Origin: Candidatus Saccharimonadales bacterium
GTDB taxonomy: Bacteria > Patescibacteriota > Saccharimonadia > Saccharimonadales > SZUA-47
Reading direction: 5' to 3'
Assembly (NCBI GenBank): GCA_038211855.1
Contig: JBBQVE010000002.1
Location: 6,332 to 70,331, forward strand
DNA: 64,000 bases
Shown here: in pieces, positions 45,136 through 53,631 of the stretch
How the letters are laid out: each line of letters starts with the position of its first letter
How positions within the stretch are numbered: the stretch's first letter is position 1
Program-made: the position numbers and the translations under genes
Notes under the pieces: generated by a model
Told to the model about the DNA's origin: nothing
What the model saw: only the letters and a program-made list of their open reading frames with translations
Databases searched by the model: none

Positions 45136-46131
45136 TTATTTAACGAGTAAGCTTAACAGGAGGCCAAGGACAAAAAGACCACCGGTCACACGGTTAGCGC
45201 GGAAGGCGTGGCCGGCGAGATAGGTTGGCCAGGCCTCGGCCGGGAAGTCTTTTGGTTTGGTGGTTGGCCGCTTTTTGCGAAAGACTTTTACGGCTTTGAT
45301 AACGGCGGGTATGCCGAGGAGAATCACCAGCATCGGGAACTTGAGCCAACCGACTGCAACCAGTAAAGTGACTAACACAAGCTGGCCGACCAGCATCCCG
45401 ATAACGGCAGCCCGGGCCTTTGGCTCACCCAAAAGAACAGGTAATGTATGAATACCCTTCTTTTTATCCTCAGGTAACTTGTCGGTGTGTTTGCCGAACA
45501 AAACAGTGGTGGCGCCAATAGCGTAGACGGCACCAATCACAGCAATCTTCCATGACCAATTCTCAGTCATGACAAAATAGGTGCCTGCAACCATCAGTGG
45601 TCCCCAAACCAATAAGACAGTCGGCTCACCAAGGCCGATATATTTGAGTGGCCAGGTGTAAAACAGCACGAAAAACGCACCAATCAGAGTCAGCCATATG
45701 ACACCAACGCCTGACATCAGAAAGAGTGCAAAGGCACACAGTACTGCGAGCAGGCCGGTAAAGGCTATGACTGCGCGCATCTTCTTCTTGGACCACAGCC
45801 CATTTTCGACGACCTGTGGGCCATACATCGTACGGAAGTAGTTATTGTTGTCAACGCCACGAGCGGTGTCGGTGTAGTCATTTACCAGGTTATTGGTCGC
45901 ATGCGCCAAGACGAGCCCAAGCGCACATAACAAATACTTTGGCCAACTAAATGCATGATCGCCAGCTGCTAAGATAGCCCCGACGGTGGCGGAGAAAAAA
46001 GTCATTAAAAATACAGCTGAACGAGAGGCAACCAGCCACTGTGCAACCGGGTCGAGCTTTAAAAACTCCTCGTCTGACATTCTCAGAATTGTCCGTAGCG
46101 CTTTGCCCCAAATCGATATATTTACACTCAT
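45136..46131 (-). CDS. UbiA-family aromatic prenyltransferase (MenA-like)
   Basis: NNLVNDYTDTARGVD (NxxxDxxxD motif), a second Asp-rich region near KHTDKLPEDKKKG, and 8-9 TM segments. Confidence 0.72.
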   Translation of the reverse strand: MSVNISIWGKALRTILRMSDEEFLKLDPVAQWLVASRSAVFLMTFFSATVGAILAAGDHAFSWPKYLLCALGLVLAHATNNLVNDYTDTARGVDNNNYFRTMYGPQVVENGLWSKKKMRAVIAFTGLLAVLCAFALFLMSGVGVIWLTLIGAFFVLFYTWPLKYIGLGEPTVLLVWGPLMVAGTYFVMTENWSWKIAVIGAVYAIGATTVLFGKHTDKLPEDKKKGIHTLPVLLGEPKARAAVIGMLVGQLVLVTLLVAVGWLKFPMLVILLGIPAVIKAVKVFRKKRPTTKPKDFPAEAWPTYLAGHAFRANRVTGGLFVLGLLLSLLVK

Positions 46132-47009
46132 GGTTTTAATACTACCATAGCATTCAGAAGTTGTTCGAGGCGCATCGTGTCTTTGCCCAGCCCTGCGAGC
46201 GCTTTCGTGGCTGTGGCGAGCTCTTTTTTGAGAGCCTTCTGCGCACCTATCAATCCCAGAACGGTGACGTAATTTGGTTTATTGTTCTGTTCGTCTTTGT
46301 GGGCGTCCTTGCCGCTTTGCTGTTCGGTTTCAGTCGCATCGATGATGTCATCGCGGATCTGGTAGGCGATGCCAAAGGCGCGCGCGAAATCCTCTAACGA
46401 CTTTTGTTCCTGGTTATTTGCACCGCCCAAGATTGCGCCATATGTAGCTGCAAGCATAAACAACGAGCCAGTCTTTAGCTCATAACACTGTCGAAGGTCC
46501 TTGAGCGACTGCTGTTTGTTAAAGGCAAAAAGATCCATATATTGACCAAGTACGAGGCCATCTTTGCCGATGTATTTCGTTGTCGCTTCAATCAGTGGTG
46601 CGGCTTCCGAGGTGCCGGCAAGAATGTGAAATGACTCGACCCATAAAGCAGCGCTGGCCAGAATGGTCGTCGCGTCACCAAACAGCACATGATTGGTTTT
46701 TTTGCCGCGGCGGTATTCAGCGTCATCCATTGATGGCAAGTCATCGAGCATAAGTGAGCCGGCATGAACAAGTTCAATCGCACAAGCCGTATCGGCGACC
46801 TCTGTGGCGGTCCCACCAAACAGCTCATACGTCATCAATACCATAATTGGACGAAGCCGTTTCCCCTTCAGGAAGATGGTGTGTTTGAGCGACTTATCAA
46901 GTGTTGGAAAACGTCGGTAATTTCCAGAAGTCTTCAGTAATTTTAAAAGCGTCTTGTCGACGAGTTTTTTATGCGCCTCTAAGTACGCATCAAGCGGAAG
47001 TGTTCCCAT
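46128..47009 (-). CDS. trans-polyprenyl diphosphate synthase
   Basis: First Asp-rich motif LMLDDLPSMDD and second QIRDDIID. 293 aa. Confidence 0.88.
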   Translation of the reverse strand: MGTLPLDAYLEAHKKLVDKTLLKLLKTSGNYRRFPTLDKSLKHTIFLKGKRLRPIMVLMTYELFGGTATEVADTACAIELVHAGSLMLDDLPSMDDAEYRRGKKTNHVLFGDATTILASAALWVESFHILAGTSEAAPLIEATTKYIGKDGLVLGQYMDLFAFNKQQSLKDLRQCYELKTGSLFMLAATYGAILGGANNQEQKSLEDFARAFGIAYQIRDDIIDATETEQQSGKDAHKDEQNNKPNYVTVLGLIGAQKALKKELATATKALAGLGKDTMRLEQLLNAMVVLKP

Positions 47010-47030
47010 TACCTTTTAGTATAACTGCTG

Positions 47031-48218
47031 TTATGAGTTGCGCTGGCAAATCGTACAGGAGTTTTCGGTTTTTTCGGAATTTGACCAAATGGTGAAGGCT
47101 CGGATTGGACCAAGTACATCAGAGTATCCAATGTAATCAGCGGCCAGCCGAATCAAGGCGGGCAGAAAGCCATGTATTGAGAATTTCTTATATTGCAGCA
47201 CAGCCCAGCGTTTGTCGATCGGTATGACAGAAACGGGATTCCACTCATACAGCGTTGGACGACCCCAGCCACGAATACGCGCAACTATATCCCTTGCAAC
47301 GAAGTTCGCGTTCCAGATAGCGGTAAGCGCCAAGCCGCCATGCGCGGTTGCAGCACTGTCACCGGCGACGTACAGATGATCGCGAGTCATCAAATGCTCG
47401 TTCACGACGACTCGTCCGCGTTTGTTCAGTTCAAATAAATCAGGGTGCTTGGCGTAGAAGGGGTTGTTGGCGGTGCCAGCCGTCCATATCACGGTGTGCG
47501 TCTTGATGGGGCCTCGTGATGTGTTAAGACTGCTGGCTGTTTCTCGTGTGACAGTTGTGTCTGTGAGGATTTTGACGCCGTGTTTTTCGAGTCGCTTTTG
47601 GGCAGCTCGTGATGCAGCCTCAGGTAACATCGGGAGAATACGAGGAGCAGCCTCCACCAGCCAAATGTTGACGCCGTGTTTTTTGACGCCGTGTTTTTTA
47701 GCAATATGCTTAATGTAAATTCCCAGGCCTCCCGCCAGTTCGCACCCAGTTGGGCCCGCGCCAACAATCACATAGTTCTGGTCAGCTTCTGCATTGCTCG
47801 TGACATGGCTGTGTAAAAAAGCGCGGAGCTTGGCGATCTCCTCGGGCCCCTTCATGCCGTAGGAATGCTCGGGAATGCCTTCGATATGGAAGTATGTTGT
47901 AACCGAACCAAGCGCAAAGACGGCATAATCATATTTGAGAGCTTGGCCACCTGCGGTAGTGACGACCTTCAAGGTGGTATCGACATTTTTTACACTATCA
48001 ACGATGAGATCGGTCCGGGGGTGATCGAGTAATATCCACTCAAGTGGTATCCGTGATGCGCCCAGTTTGAAGCCGGTTGCCGAACGATACATCGCCGGGT
48101 AGTAGCGAAAGTCTGGCCGATCGTTAATAATCGTGATATTGATATCTTTTTGATTTTTGAGTTTTCGGGCCAAGCGGACGCCTGCAAAGCCGCCGCCGGC
48201 AATAACTACATGTTTCAT
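47031..48218 (-). CDS. ndh: type II NADH:quinone oxidoreductase (NDH-2)
   Basis: Two dinucleotide folds: VVIAGGGFAGV and YVIVGAGPTGCELAG. 395 aa. Confidence 0.88.
   Translation of the reverse strand: MKHVVIAGGGFAGVRLARKLKNQKDINITIINDRPDFRYYPAMYRSATGFKLGASRIPLEWILLDHPRTDLIVDSVKNVDTTLKVVTTAGGQALKYDYAVFALGSVTTYFHIEGIPEHSYGMKGPEEIAKLRAFLHSHVTSNAEADQNYVIVGAGPTGCELAGGLGIYIKHIAKKHGVKKHGVNIWLVEAAPRILPMLPEAASRAAQKRLEKHGVKILTDTTVTRETASSLNTSRGPIKTHTVIWTAGTANNPFYAKHPDLFELNKRGRVVVNEHLMTRDHLYVAGDSAATAHGGLALTAIWNANFVARDIVARIRGWGRPTLYEWNPVSVIPIDKRWAVLQYKKFSIHGFLPALIRLAADYIGYSDVLGPIRAFTIWSNSEKTENSCTICQRNS
47668..47697. repeat. perfect 2 x 15-bp tandem duplication inside ndh (TTGACGCCGTGTTTT x2)
   Basis: Read directly: 47668-47682 equals 47683-47697. 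It encodes KKHGV-KKHGV. A third 16-nt copy lies at 47572-47587. Confidence 0.95.
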
Positions 48219-48288
48219 TACCTAAAACTATACCAGAAAAGCAGTAGCGTGTTGCTAAAACCCGTTAACATCTTTAAGCTTATGGTAT

Positions 48289-49941
48289 ATGAGTGATATA
48301 AAAACAGATTTGAAATCCCTTATTCTAGGTGATGTTGATGATAGCGATGAGACGAGAGATTTCCATAGTCACGATGCCAGTATGTTCGAGATGAAGCCCG
48401 AGCTGGTCGTCTTTCCAAAAGATACCGCTGACGTCCAGAAAATTGTGAAGTATGTCGCAGCCAACAAGAAAAACAATCCAACACTCTCGCTCACCATGCG
48501 TAGCGCCGGAACCGATATGTCAGGCGCTGCCGTCAACGACTCAATCATCATGAACATGAACAAATACTTCACGCGTATTGAAGAGGTCGGCGAGCAGTCC
48601 AGCCGCGCGCAGCCAGGAGTATTTTATCGTGATTTTGAAAAAGCTACGCTCGAAAAGGGTGTGCTGATGCCAAGTTTTCCGGCTTCACGCGATCTCTGTA
48701 CAATCGGTGGGATGGTCAATAATAATGCCGGTGGTGAGCGTTCACTCGTTTACGGAAAGACCGACGGCTTCGTTGAAGAATTGAAGGTTGTTTTTGCAGA
48801 CGGCAATGAGTATACCGTCAAACCGCTCAATAAAGCCGAACTGACCGCCAAAATGTCACAGCAGGACTTTGAAGGCAAGGTGTACCGGGATGTCTTTGAG
48901 CTAGTTGATAAAAATTATGATGCCATTAAGGCGGCCAAACCGGGTGTCAGCAAAGACTCGACTGGCTACCATATGTGGGATGTGTGGGACCGCGAAACTG
49001 GCCGCTTTGAGCTCAACCGTCTTATTACTGGCTCGCAAGGGACGCTCGGCGTCACGACTGACATCACTTTTCGGATGGTGCCTGCACCGAAGCACTCCGG
49101 TACTCTGGTTGTTTTTCTGCGTAGTATTGATGACCTCGGCACGTTGATTAACAAGGTCATGGAAGACAAACCAGCAACATTTGAGGGTTTTGATAACTAT
49201 ACATTGATGCTCAGCTTCAAGCTGTTCTTCTTCTTTCACAAAACGCTGGGGTGGTTTGGCATGGCCAAGCTCGGTATCCAGCTGATTCCTGATGCGCTCA
49301 AGTTAATGCGCGGTATTCCTAAGATGGTGTTACTCATCGAATTTACGGGCGACACACCCGATGAGGTCAAACAGAAGGTTCACAAGATGCACACAGACAT
49401 GAAAGAGTTTGGCCATGAAGCCTTGTTTGAAGAAGATGAAACCGAGGCGAAAGCGGCAAAATTCTGGATTATGCGCCGCCAAAGCTTCAATATTCTGCGC
49501 CAAAAGGTCCACGATAAGCACACCGCACCGTTCATGGATGATTTGATCGTACCGCCAGCAATCGTACCGCAGTTTTTACCTGAAATCCGGGCCGTAATTA
49601 CTAAATACAAACTCTTGGCAACTATCGCCGGTCACATGGGCGACGGCAACTTCCACATTATTCCCCTCATGAAAATTGAAGATCCAAAAGAGAAGGCCAA
49701 GCTCGAACCGGCTATGAAAGAAATCAATGATATCGTCCTGAAATATAAGGGTTCGTTATCTGGTGAGCATAACGATGGCATGATTCGCGGACCATGGCTA
49801 CAAAAGATGTATGGCCCAGAAGTCTTTGGCTACTTCAAACAGGTAAAGCACATCTTTGACCCTGAAAACATCTTCAACCCGCACAAAAAGTCCGACGCTG
49901 TTTGGGAATACAGCATGGCTCACTTGCGTGAGCACTTCTAG
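48289..49941 (+). CDS. FAD-linked oxidase (GlcD/D-lactate dehydrogenase family)
   Basis: FAD-binding PCMH-type region (VVFPKDTADVQKIVKYV...RSAGTDMSGAAV) and C-terminal GSLSGEHNDGMIR. Confidence 0.85.
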   Translation: MSDIKTDLKSLILGDVDDSDETRDFHSHDASMFEMKPELVVFPKDTADVQKIVKYVAANKKNNPTLSLTMRSAGTDMSGAAVNDSIIMNMNKYFTRIEEVGEQSSRAQPGVFYRDFEKATLEKGVLMPSFPASRDLCTIGGMVNNNAGGERSLVYGKTDGFVEELKVVFADGNEYTVKPLNKAELTAKMSQQDFEGKVYRDVFELVDKNYDAIKAAKPGVSKDSTGYHMWDVWDRETGRFELNRLITGSQGTLGVTTDITFRMVPAPKHSGTLVVFLRSIDDLGTLINKVMEDKPATFEGFDNYTLMLSFKLFFFFHKTLGWFGMAKLGIQLIPDALKLMRGIPKMVLLIEFTGDTPDEVKQKVHKMHTDMKEFGHEALFEEDETEAKAAKFWIMRRQSFNILRQKVHDKHTAPFMDDLIVPPAIVPQFLPEIRAVITKYKLLATIAGHMGDGNFHIIPLMKIEDPKEKAKLEPAMKEINDIVLKYKGSLSGEHNDGMIRGPWLQKMYGPEVFGYFKQVKHIFDPENIFNPHKKSDAVWEYSMAHLREHF

Positions 49942-49944
49942 CCA

Positions 49945-51585
49945 ATGAGACAGTTTGGCGAACTTGGGCTGGCTGGACCAATGCTTGATGAGCTCATTCG
50001 AAACGAGCAAAGTAACACAGCACAAGAGCTTGAACAAATCCGTCAACTTGACCCAGCCCTCCAACCAGATTCGGTAAATGATGCAGCACATCCCTCAGAA
50101 GCTACGACGCCAAACATGGACGAGGCAATCAAAAAGCTGGAAGCCGACGGCGGCATAGATGCACACAAAAATCGCTACGGCCCAAATGGTGGCACGTGTC
50201 CCTTTTTGAGCACGATGGGTAAAGCTGGTCTGGATCTTGTTGAGAGCCTTGAAAAAGTGAAGGCCACACCAACGCCGGCCGAAGGCAAGTCATTAGAGGA
50301 ATTAGTCGCCGAAAAGAGGGCAGCAAAAGCTGTTGCCAAAGCCGCCAAAGAAGCCGCAGAGACCAAAGAGACAGCAGAAATTATTGTTCATCAGGAAAGA
50401 GCTACAGAAGTTGCGGCAGCAATTATTCCAAGGCCAGAGACAGGACTGATAAAGCGGGAGGAACCATTCATCATCGAAGTGGTAAAGCGACGTACTGAAA
50501 GGTCTGTGTTGTCCGAGGCGATTGTTATGCCAGAAGCTGCCTTGGCGGTGGCACAAGAGATTCAGGGCAGAATTGTAGAGCCTGTCATCTCATCTCCTGT
50601 CGTAACAAATGTAGAAGTCGCACCGAAAAAGCTCGAAGACTTAAAAGTTACAAAAAAGATTCCAGCTAGGCCAATCATCGTTGCGATTCGAAAGCCAGTT
50701 TCGCGAACGATATCTAAGACTATAGTGAAAAGCGCCATTACTTCAGCGCAAAAACCAAAAGTTTTACTAACTAGGAACGAAGTGCGGACGATTAAAAAAC
50801 CGACGGTGCGAGTGCTCAAGAATCTTCATCAGGCAGTTCGCACTTATGAACCGGTTATTGAAGTAGCGCCTCAGGCCATTTTAGAGTTTAATCAACCGGC
50901 TGTTTATAGGGTAGATGAAGCACCTCAGCAGGTAGCCCTAGAGCAGGAAGCCGATGTTACTCCCCAAATTCTGTCCTTTGTGCCAGTGGCGAGCATTGAA
51001 AAAGATAATCAGACGGCTGCTCCCCAGCAAGTGCAAAGTGAGGTGCTTGCGTTAGGGCCACTGCAGAAAGATGGTCTTGCGCTACACGAAAGTGTGATAA
51101 TCCATACTCCTGCTATCACTGAAGAAATAAGTACTGCTTATGTAGATAAGTTGGAGCAAGACTTTACTTTAACCTTAGAAAACAAACAAAAATTCACTAT
51201 AGCGATTGAAGGTATCTCGCAGTTAATTCAAGAACTCGTCACAGAATCAGCAGAAGCAGTGCCGCTGGTTAAGGTAAAAGAAGTCGAAGTTCTATGCAAA
51301 AAACTTTTCGACAATATGGGTTTTAAACCAAGCGATGAAATGATTAAATCAATCATCCGTGACCTTAAAGCAAAAGTCGTTAAGTCGGCCGAGCAGGAAG
51401 ATAAAATATCCATGGATATTCTCAACTATCGGGGCACTAGTGAACATCGGGCAAAAGTCGCGGCAACATTACAATCACATCTCTTGAAAATGGCTAGTCA
51501 AAGAAGAGGTCGTTTTCATGACATCAGTAAAATTATTGTCCGTCATCTTCACGACTCGTTCTTTGGTGAGGCGTTCGCTGCCTAA
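49945..51585 (+). CDS. hypothetical 546-aa protein, largely low-complexity and predicted disordered
   Basis: A long ORF starting 3 nt after the FAD-oxidase stop. Rich in A/E/K/V/P/Q with no recognisable domain. Confidence 0.6.
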   Translation: MRQFGELGLAGPMLDELIRNEQSNTAQELEQIRQLDPALQPDSVNDAAHPSEATTPNMDEAIKKLEADGGIDAHKNRYGPNGGTCPFLSTMGKAGLDLVESLEKVKATPTPAEGKSLEELVAEKRAAKAVAKAAKEAAETKETAEIIVHQERATEVAAAIIPRPETGLIKREEPFIIEVVKRRTERSVLSEAIVMPEAALAVAQEIQGRIVEPVISSPVVTNVEVAPKKLEDLKVTKKIPARPIIVAIRKPVSRTISKTIVKSAITSAQKPKVLLTRNEVRTIKKPTVRVLKNLHQAVRTYEPVIEVAPQAILEFNQPAVYRVDEAPQQVALEQEADVTPQILSFVPVASIEKDNQTAAPQQVQSEVLALGPLQKDGLALHESVIIHTPAITEEISTAYVDKLEQDFTLTLENKQKFTIAIEGISQLIQELVTESAEAVPLVKVKEVEVLCKKLFDNMGFKPSDEMIKSIIRDLKAKVVKSAEQEDKISMDILNYRGTSEHRAKVAATLQSHLLKMASQRRGRFHDISKIIVRHLHDSFFGEAFAA

Positions 51586-51878
51586 GTAGGCTTTGGTATG
51601 TGCCCACCTTCTTGTAGGAGTGTAGTCGTCCAGCGTCTGAGTTCCGCTACTTTTGCCGGGTCGATTTTCTTTGGATCGATCTTAAATTCTCTAAAGCAGT
51701 AGCCAACGCCTTCTCTGACATGTCCTGAATAACCATGCATTCCCATATCAAGGCCGGCAAAATCTTCGTAGTCCATTAGTTCCAAAAGCAAATCTGCCGT
51801 CGCAAGGTCTTCAGGGGGTACGACGATTTCAGGCATACCTTCTTTTTCTGGTGTCATGAGTCTCATTATAAGGCACAC
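51582..51878 (-). CDS. hypothetical small acidic protein (about 91-98 aa)
   Basis: ORF with a GTG start at 51878. The ATG at 51857 is preceded by TATAAT at a 7-nt spacing. No recognisable motifs. Confidence 0.5.
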   Translation of the reverse strand: MCLIMRLMTPEKEGMPEIVVPPEDLATADLLLELMDYEDFAGLDMGMHGYSGHVREGVGYCFREFKIDPKKIDPAKVAELRRWTTTLLQEGGHIPKPT

Positions 51879-51888
51879 GCCCGCCTAA

Positions 51889-52188
51889 TTACAAAGTGAC
51901 AGATTTTTGCGTAACAGCAATAATGTCTCCCGCATCGAGCCAGCGGTAGGGGCAATTGCTGCAGGAATCAATCATTGTTTGGCCACCGTTATAAGGGATT
52001 TTTCCCATTGGATTGCCGCATGAAGGGCAGGTGATGGCGGTTTGGGTCTGCTCGACAAATTTCACGATACTTACAGAAATATCTACGGCTTGCTTTACTT
52101 CGCCGGCGCCGTTCTGCACGGCATACAGCTGATTATCGACAATCTCCCAGCTGATGAGATGTCCGCTCAGCGAGGAAGATCCATACAT
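51889..52188 (-). CDS. zinc-ribbon protein (CPxC...CxxC, TFIIB-type ribbon pattern)
   Basis: CPSCGNPMGKIPYNGGQTMIDSCSNCPYRWLDAGDI matches the CPxCg...id.C..C.g.WLD pattern. Confidence 0.55.
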   Translation of the reverse strand: MYGSSSLSGHLISWEIVDNQLYAVQNGAGEVKQAVDISVSIVKFVEQTQTAITCPSCGNPMGKIPYNGGQTMIDSCSNCPYRWLDAGDIIAVTQKSVTL

Positions 52189-52223
52189 AGCTTAAGTGTC
52201 ATACAGATGAGTCTATGACTCAC

Positions 52224-52763
52224 TTATTTTGGCATTGTCGCGTAAACACCGAGCCAGTTTTGGGCGATTTCTCTCTGAGCAGTCGCAAGGTCTATCACTC
52301 CGTCACAGACTTCCTTATGCAGGTAGTTTTCGGTTTGATCTTTTTGGTGAAAGCCTGGGAGCGGAGCTGCCAGTTCAGGCCAAAGATTGGCGATATCATT
52401 CGAGCCTCCCAGTTCGAGGCTGACTAGATGATCAACCTCATACTGTCCGCTCGCATGCGACGTAATTCCATATTCCGTGTAGTCTTTTTTCTTCTCTGAA
52501 TCAGGTACATTGCGTACTTTTGAGGAGTAGCCGGCTGTGCAGATTTCAGCTTTTGTGGCCGTCGAAAGGATTGCCCCAGGCGTGCAAGTAGCCTCGGGCA
52601 GGGCATTATGCGCTACGCATCCGTCGGTTTTTGTTTGCGCTCCAATCGGCACCGATGACTCCGGTGGCAGTGAGCTTGGAACGCTAGATTCAGTTCCTAA
52701 TACTCCTTTGGTACTGTTCGGTTGGATCGAATGACGCGAGCCAACAAAGACGACTCCTGCCAC
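52224..52763 (-). CDS. membrane-anchored or secreted HNH (His-Me finger) nuclease-like protein
   Basis: YEVDHLVSLELGGSNDIANLWPE ... HQKDQTENYLHKEVCDG. The hydrophobic N-terminus continues upstream of the GTG at 52763. Confidence 0.65.
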   Translation of the reverse strand: MAGVVFVGSRHSIQPNSTKGVLGTESSVPSSLPPESSVPIGAQTKTDGCVAHNALPEATCTPGAILSTATKAEICTAGYSSKVRNVPDSEKKKDYTEYGITSHASGQYEVDHLVSLELGGSNDIANLWPELAAPLPGFHQKDQTENYLHKEVCDGVIDLATAQREIAQNWLGVYATMPK

Positions 52764-52873
52764 GACAAGTGCAACAACGACACCGGCAAAAATAAGCGCA
52801 CGCCGTTGCTTCTTTTCAATCGTTTGAATACGAGGTTCTTGTTCGATGCTTTAAGCTTACGCTTATTTTCCTA

Positions 52874-53551
52874 TTAAACGAACTTTGCAACTTTTCCGTG
52901 GAGCAGTTCTGTGCCTAGTTCAACAATCTGCGGCTCGGTCATGGCTTCTAAGTCACAGTTCTTGGTGGCTACAATCCGGTGCGCGATTTCTGAATAGTCC
53001 TTGTGAATCACTTCGAGCAGATGGTCCGAAGCGCGGCTTGATCCGGTGCCATGGCTCAAAATGACGATACGTTTGCTGGGCAGAATTTCTTTGATGACGG
53101 ACTCAAAATATTCGGCATCCTCGGGCGGGTTTGAGTCGTTGAAAGGGGCGGTTTTGGCCGTTTTATGCAAGATTCTGCCACTGCTCAGATTGGCGTGAAG
53201 GTGTACCAGCGATTCTGATTCGCTCCCAGGGTTATGACAAATAAATGCCTTGTGGTAGTCGATTGCCACGATGGCGCCTTCGACGGTATCTGCGTCATCA
53301 GATTCGGGTCGGGCGCTAAGACGCAGAAAGTGGCGCAGCTTAAGCACTTCTTCAATATCGAGCACTTTGTGATGAGAGCGTTCAAAGACTAAGCTGTGGT
53401 CATTGCGCGAAAAATGATAATTGCCGTTCTTCTCTTCGTGCAAGAGGCCAATAGAGGCCAACGCTGGAATCAGTTCAGACCATTCAATGTTTCGGGCAAT
53501 TGGATGAGCAGATAGTTCACTTAAAGTGTGAAGGTGTTTTTTTTCGGACAT
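52874..53551 (-). CDS. hypothetical two-domain protein (N-terminal HicA/YcfA-like pattern; C-terminal host-attachment/eRF1-like pattern)
   Basis: 225 aa. HPIARNIEWSELIPALASIGLL...HHKVLDIEEVLKLRHFL, then AIVAIDYHKAF...RIVILSHGTGSSRASDHLLEVI. The domain guesses are from memory only. Confidence 0.55.
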   Translation of the reverse strand: MSEKKHLHTLSELSAHPIARNIEWSELIPALASIGLLHEEKNGNYHFSRNDHSLVFERSHHKVLDIEEVLKLRHFLRLSARPESDDADTVEGAIVAIDYHKAFICHNPGSESESLVHLHANLSSGRILHKTAKTAPFNDSNPPEDAEYFESVIKEILPSKRIVILSHGTGSSRASDHLLEVIHKDYSEIAHRIVATKNCDLEAMTEPQIVELGTELLHGKVAKFV

Positions 53552-53631
53552 TTGACTCGATTCTGAATCTATAAAAGACTCATTTAAGCTACATTTTCAG
53601 TAAACGCCTTTTGCATAATAAAAGCTGTACG

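Noticed and set aside
39938-48218. Calling the respiratory block a horizontally acquired island on compositional grounds
   Set aside because: I cannot compute GC or k-mer statistics reliably by eye, and there are no flanking tRNA, repeats or integrase. Only the clustering is reported; acquisition is left as a testable idea.
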